Positions 59,212 through 64,000 of a DNA stretch of 64,000 bases are shown here, one piece after another. The notes below the pieces were generated by a model. That model was not told where the DNA came from and made no database searches. It saw only the letters and a list, made by a program, of their open reading frames with translations. Where the stretch lies: the sequence record KU521356.1; one strand, 5' to 3'. A program made the translations under genes and the position numbers. Positions within the stretch are counted from its first letter, which is position 1. Every line of letters starts with the position of its first letter.

Positions 59212-62200
59212 TAGTGTTTCCTCTATATACAGCTACAAGATGTTTTCCAGCTGCCCACAAGATACCAGTTGTTGTAGCAATGATTTTAGGAGATAGAACC
59301 ATTCGTTCTTCTACCGATGTATTACCGAATAGTAGATCAATATTACGGCCATCTTCAGTTTCATTACGTCCAGTCATTACACGGGAGAATACCGTTTTCA
59401 TCTGGTTAGCTACTACGCCTTTATCTCCAACACCACATGGGATATCATGATCGATATACACTCGAATAATCATGTGGTCATATTCTAAGGCTCGTCCTTT
59501 CACTCGATAGTTAGCATCTACTTGTCCAGTGAAAGTAGGTTCTTTCAATGATTTAGCTCGTTCAGCGCGTTGTTTATCTGACGTATTAGCTAATGCTTGT
59601 AAACTTGGTGTCATATCGTCTATTTCACCATGATAGAAGCATTCAATCTTTGATACTGTACCTACGAGCTTAGCACGTGGCGAATATGCTGATAGTTTGC
59701 GTAATGTCTCAATAGATGCCTCGTCATATAGTGAGTGAGCAGCTGTTTCAGGATCTTCAATTATACATAGAATTGAATTTAAGTCGACATGATCCCCAAC
59801 TTTCACCATATCTCGAATAGTCTGATCAAACCTAACATCGATATTCTTGATTGCAGTTGTTTGAGTATTTAACCTTTTAGCTAGGTCTTCAGAAATAACT
59901 GAACCGTCTTCTAAAGTGTCAAGGTTATCATCAAATGCTACAACAGCCATACAACCGGCTTTCCATAATACTTGCCCAGGCGTATACCTATCTTCAGAGA
60001 AATAACGTTTGTTATATGTGATAGTATCTCCACGTTTAAACTTATCACCTTTCTTTAATGAGGTATCAAGAATGTGTGGGTAGTTAACACCAGCTGCTGT
60101 GCCATGAACTGTACCTAATTGATATCCAAATACATTACCATCAGCATATTTAACTTGGATACCATATTCATCAATAGCTACAACTTCACCATCTTGTTCT
60201 GCTGCTACAGCAAAGATAGAACTAGTCCTTTGGGCTATGATTTGTTCATAGCCTGTACGAACTGGTGTAACTGTATACCCATCAGCATAAATACCTTGCT
60301 GCTGCTGAATTGAGATAAAGTTAATTCGCTTAGGGTCATCATGTTCGGTTGCAACACCAAGCAGTGCACTAGTTGAGAGTAGTCTAGCTGGCCCATCTGT
60401 CTTTGGATCAAACATACGCGTAACACCACGCATGTTTACAAAGTTAGCATCAGGTACTAAGTAAGCAATAACACCAACGTCACCTGAGTCCACAGTTGAT
60501 TCACTGACCACACCAACATCCGCTTCACCGTAAATACGTGTACGTGCAACCATTGAAGTTGGACCGCGTCCACCATCTCCACGATAAGTCATCGCTTCTT
60601 GTTCACGGATATTTGCAATGGGGTTAGAATCTTCAATAGTGGCTACTGTCGGATCTTGTACAATCTTGCGCCAGATCACGTGTGGATCTAACTCGACAGT
60701 TTGCACTGACCCACCATTACGCATATTAAATACACGTACCGCTCTATTGAGTTCATTAAAAATAGCCCCTGCCATGCGCTCATAACCACGATAGCGCATA
60801 TATGCACCATCTACTTCTGCTGGACTCCAGTCGTTCGTTAATAACTCGACAGACCGATAAAGCAATCCTTCAAAAGTAGTTGGTTCACCCATCTCCTTGA
60901 GTAGACCCTCAGTGATTGGATCGACCCATGCTGAGAAGAGTGTATCAATATCACGTGTAAATCTATTACTTAATCCAGCTTCTTCAAGAACCCTGAAGTA
61001 AACATCTCGTTTATTGAAATCATAAACAGAATAACGCCGCAGTGATTTATGATAACGTTTGAGTCCACTTAATACAAGCATTGCTTTATAATCAGCTCGA
61101 TCAAATACTAGGATCTCATCAGCGAACGCTAATGTATAATCCGTACTATTGACAACAATCCTGGTACCACGCTGATGACGCTGATAATTAACATTCAACT
61201 TCTTAAGTAGATTGTTTAAGCCATGGTGATATGCTAAAATGAAACCTAATGGTAGCTCTTTACCACCAATTGACATTAGAATAGCTTCTAACGGCGCTTT
61301 GGTTAGATCTAAGCCAAGTATATCTGTAATGGTACCAATAGGTTCTAGCTCATTACCTGTTTTCATGTAAAAGATGGAATTCTTATCTAACAAGATAGCA
61401 TCAGTGCCATTGAACCCCACCATTATCAAATCATCAGTTTCATAATCTTCGATATGTAATCCTTGTTTTGCAAAGAATTCATTACGATCTTTGAAATTAA
61501 AATAGAACACATTACGGTGATTATGGAAGCCTTTAAAAGCTGTTCCTAAAGTAGTGTACACCCTTGGTAGAACATAGTTGGATTGATCTAATTCAGCATA
61601 GGTAACTGAATGTACAGACATATCACTTCCATCTAATGCACGGTTGGTAATCGCTCTGATTAACCAATTATCAAAGTTGTTTTCAGCACGTTCAGATCTG
61701 GTCACAAAGGTCTTATTATAATAAGAGGTCAATGCAACTTTACGTGGATTAACTTTACGAATTGGAATATCAGCACGTTGTAAACGTTGGCGATATGTTA
61801 CCCCATTAGACATGAACCTACCGTCATTATCAATGACAGGGATACGGAACATTACTTGTGAACTTCTACCACGAATAGGCTTTAATGTAACTTTGTGGAT
61901 TTGGTAATGGTTACCAGAATCGCGTACAGTTTCAATTTTGTAATTAGTTACTGATACGCCTTGTTTCTGAACAGATAACACACTGTTTAAAATATCTTTC
62001 TTTAATAAGACCTTGTTGTATTTGCGTTGGATGGCTTTTAACTTACTACCCAACATTGATTTATCAACAATGGTTGGCTTATCTTCAAAAGTGGTGTCTT
62101 CTGGAATCTTAAGATCATCTGGATGATATTCCATCGCCTCAGCGATCGTCATAGGTTCTACTGATTCATCATTAGGATCGGTAAATGGATCAGGTAGACG

Positions 62201-63550
62201 ACGATACATAATCGAATCTTCTTGAGCTTGCTCGAATGTATTCGCAGAAATCATATTCACGCGATACATGCCGTATGCTTTAGCTCTAATGGCATCGATT
62301 AGTTTATCTTCTTCATCAACTTCAGTATTGATGAATAACTCATCTTCTGGTACATCTGTTACAATGAGTTCCTTCTCTTCTTTAATTTGGCGAGAAGGTG
62401 AAGATTCCAGTGGATCTTTTTCAATGATAAGCTTTGTTACCTCAAGATCACTTTCTGGTGGTGGGGTATATGTTACCTCAATTGCGCCAATATCAATTAA
62501 GTTAGTTAAGTTGGTTGGGTCAAATTGAACATCATCAATAACATCAACTTCAGTTACTTCTTCTTCAACGTTATTAGACTCAACATCCTCAACCTCTTCT
62601 GCTTCACCTTCTTCATAACTAACCGGAGTTTCTTCATCAACAATAATATCTTCATTAAAGATAGGCGTATCTTCTTTAATTAATGAAGTATTACCTTGGT
62701 TATATTCAACCATCGCTGATACTAGTGAAATAAGGCGCCTAGCTATTTGCTGGGTATCATAACCTTTATCATCTTTAATTTCTGGATCACGACGCCATTG
62801 ATCAAGCATCCCTAAGTTAATAACAAAGAATGAACTTTGTACACGGAATAAAAGATTAATGTTACCGTAATACTTAGCATCGATGACATTCATGAAAGAA
62901 CTTTCACGATCATCAGAAACCCAGCGAACTAAATCAAATATATTTAGAATATCAGGTGTATTGAATTGATTAGCTAGATCTTGAGTTAAACCCCCTCGTA
63001 GTTTATTAAAAGAAGAAGGAGGTGGAACTAACTCAGGTAAGTGTATATCAATGAACTGGTTCCAACCAGGAAAACGTTCACATGCAGCCGCTACGCCACT
63101 CCAGAATGTACGCATGTCATTTGACCAACGGAACCATGTAGCTTTATAAGAAGCCATATAATTCCATTGAGGGTTAATTAAATTATAATTCATTACCAGA
63201 ATGTTCTGGTTTGATAATTTAAAACCGGTATCACTGCGTAAAGGTTTAAAGAAACGGTTCTGGCGGCGAAACTCTTGAATCATTGTTGCTGGGATATTTG
63301 AAGTCCTACGTGGATTACCTTCAAATGTAAGCATATCAGTAACATGCTCAATATATACTTTACCTTGATGTTTGGAGAATAATGGGTCTGTTTGACTAGG
63401 ACCCATTACTGCATTATTACCATCGAAGAACTGATAAATGGATTCGAAAGGTAGATCAAGTTTATTTAGAGCATGCAACTTAGGTGACTGAAGTTTAGCA
63501 TATTCGCGTACACTATAATTTTTCAGAAACTGTGTAATATTTAAGCGCAT
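59195..63550 (-). CDS. rpoB: Virion RNA polymerase beta subunit, main part (gp178)
   Basis: 1451 aa; EHDDPKR, GDKGVVANQMKTV and IDLLFGNTSVEERM resemble beta motifs EHDDANR, GDK...GNKGV and DIVLNPLGVPSRM. Confidence 0.9.
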   Translation of the reverse strand: MRLNITQFLKNYSVREYAKLQSPKLHALNKLDLPFESIYQFFDGNNAVMGPSQTDPLFSKHQGKVYIEHVTDMLTFEGNPRRTSNIPATMIQEFRRQNRFFKPLRSDTGFKLSNQNILVMNYNLINPQWNYMASYKATWFRWSNDMRTFWSGVAAACERFPGWNQFIDIHLPELVPPPSSFNKLRGGLTQDLANQFNTPDILNIFDLVRWVSDDRESSFMNVIDAKYYGNINLLFRVQSSFFVINLGMLDQWRRDPEIKDDKGYDTQQIARRLISLVSAMVEYNQGNTSLIKEDTPIFNEDIIVDEETPVSYEEGEAEEVEDVESNNVEEEVTEVDVIDDVQFDPTNLTNLIDIGAIEVTYTPPPESDLEVTKLIIEKDPLESSPSRQIKEEKELIVTDVPEDELFINTEVDEEDKLIDAIRAKAYGMYRVNMISANTFEQAQEDSIMYRRLPDPFTDPNDESVEPMTIAEAMEYHPDDLKIPEDTTFEDKPTIVDKSMLGSKLKAIQRKYNKVLLKKDILNSVLSVQKQGVSVTNYKIETVRDSGNHYQIHKVTLKPIRGRSSQVMFRIPVIDNDGRFMSNGVTYRQRLQRADIPIRKVNPRKVALTSYYNKTFVTRSERAENNFDNWLIRAITNRALDGSDMSVHSVTYAELDQSNYVLPRVYTTLGTAFKGFHNHRNVFYFNFKDRNEFFAKQGLHIEDYETDDLIMVGFNGTDAILLDKNSIFYMKTGNELEPIGTITDILGLDLTKAPLEAILMSIGGKELPLGFILAYHHGLNNLLKKLNVNYQRHQRGTRIVVNSTDYTLAFADEILVFDRADYKAMLVLSGLKRYHKSLRRYSVYDFNKRDVYFRVLEEAGLSNRFTRDIDTLFSAWVDPITEGLLKEMGEPTTFEGLLYRSVELLTNDWSPAEVDGAYMRYRGYERMAGAIFNELNRAVRVFNMRNGGSVQTVELDPHVIWRKIVQDPTVATIEDSNPIANIREQEAMTYRGDGGRGPTSMVARTRIYGEADVGVVSESTVDSGDVGVIAYLVPDANFVNMRGVTRMFDPKTDGPARLLSTSALLGVATEHDDPKRINFISIQQQQGIYADGYTVTPVRTGYEQIIAQRTSSIFAVAAEQDGEVVAIDEYGIQVKYADGNVFGYQLGTVHGTAAGVNYPHILDTSLKKGDKFKRGDTITYNKRYFSEDRYTPGQVLWKAGCMAVVAFDDNLDTLEDGSVISEDLAKRLNTQTTAIKNIDVRFDQTIRDMVKVGDHVDLNSILCIIEDPETAAHSLYDEASIETLRKLSAYSPRAKLVGTVSKIECFYHGEIDDMTPSLQALANTSDKQRAERAKSLKEPTFTGQVDANYRVKGRALEYDHMIIRVYIDHDIPCGVGDKGVVANQMKTVFSRVMTGRNETEDGRNIDLLFGNTSVEERMVLSPKIIATTTGILWAAGKHLVAVYRGNTNAKAK

Positions 63551-63552
63551 GA

Positions 63553-63999
63553 TTAATCCCTTTGTTTGGGTTCCCCAGTCATGTACCGAAGAGTTAAATT
63601 GAGTGTATGGACACCAACACTAAATGCCAGTCGACCATCGGCATGTATATATGCAATACGTTTCTTAAAGAAAGCATCTGTTTCAGCGATAGCTTCCTCT
63701 GAATAAACTGCGTTAAATGATACAGTGTCCCCGTCGAAATCCGCCCCCAATGGCGCGAGAATAGAAGGAGAGATGGATACTGAGTCATGCCACTGGGCTG
63801 GTTTATTTAATTCAAACACAGGGAATTCTAAGGCTGGTTCCAACGTATCATCACGTTCCCATTGATCATTTAACGGATAACGTAATTCACCCACTACGGT
63901 TGTTTTAACATACATCTTACAGGGGATAGAGCTATTGTAGTTTTCTACAGGATATCGTGTAACAAACGCTGAGTTTGTTCGCCACATACTTAATCCACT
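63553..63999 (-). CDS. rpoC: Virion RNA polymerase beta-prime catalytic subunit (gp180), 5' part outside window
   Basis: Catalytic ADFDGD motif plus TRYP (the R-x-P motif); the frame is open to the window edge. Confidence 0.9.
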   Translation of the reverse strand, partial: SGLSMWRTNSAFVTRYPVENYNSSIPCKMYVKTTVVGELRYPLNDQWERDDTLEPALEFPVFELNKPAQWHDSVSISPSILAPLGADFDGDTVSFNAVYSEEAIAETDAFFKKRIAYIHADGRLAFSVGVHTLNLTLRYMTGEPKQRD

Positions 64000-64000
64000 A

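Overview
This 64 kb window comes from a phiKZ-like Pseudomonas jumbo phage (Phikzvirus). The 260-aa PG-binding/lytic-transglycosylase endolysin, the 771-aa gp131 fibre, the 270-aa head protease and the 1451-aa virion RNAP subunit match phiKZ proteins as I remember them. Gene order and sizes follow phiKZ gp123 to gp180. The gp numbers are assigned by recalled synteny and size, not by a database search. The window is AT-rich and densely coding. It holds a non-virion RNAP subunit (partial), three virion RNAP subunits (one partial) plus a probable accessory subunit, the portal, baseplate/tail-fibre paralogue arrays, a collagen-like fibre, central spike and PAAR, head proteins, the prohead protease, RuvC, UvsX, RNase H and SbcC. 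I see no tRNA, rRNA, CRISPR array, transposase or intron. The most interesting observations are: (1) two 2OG-Fe(II) oxygenase-fold genes co-transcribed with tail fibres, a possible virion-fibre modification system; (2) a dispersed family of CATAA-hairpin-TTATG palindromes, some tied to late-promoter TATG cores; (3) a hidden overlapped spanin pair with a holin candidate, plus a second spanin-like pair; (4) an early-promoter island of membrane proteins; (5) a 58-aa gene missed by the ORF track; (6) no gp179 homing-endonuclease gene between the virion RNAP genes.
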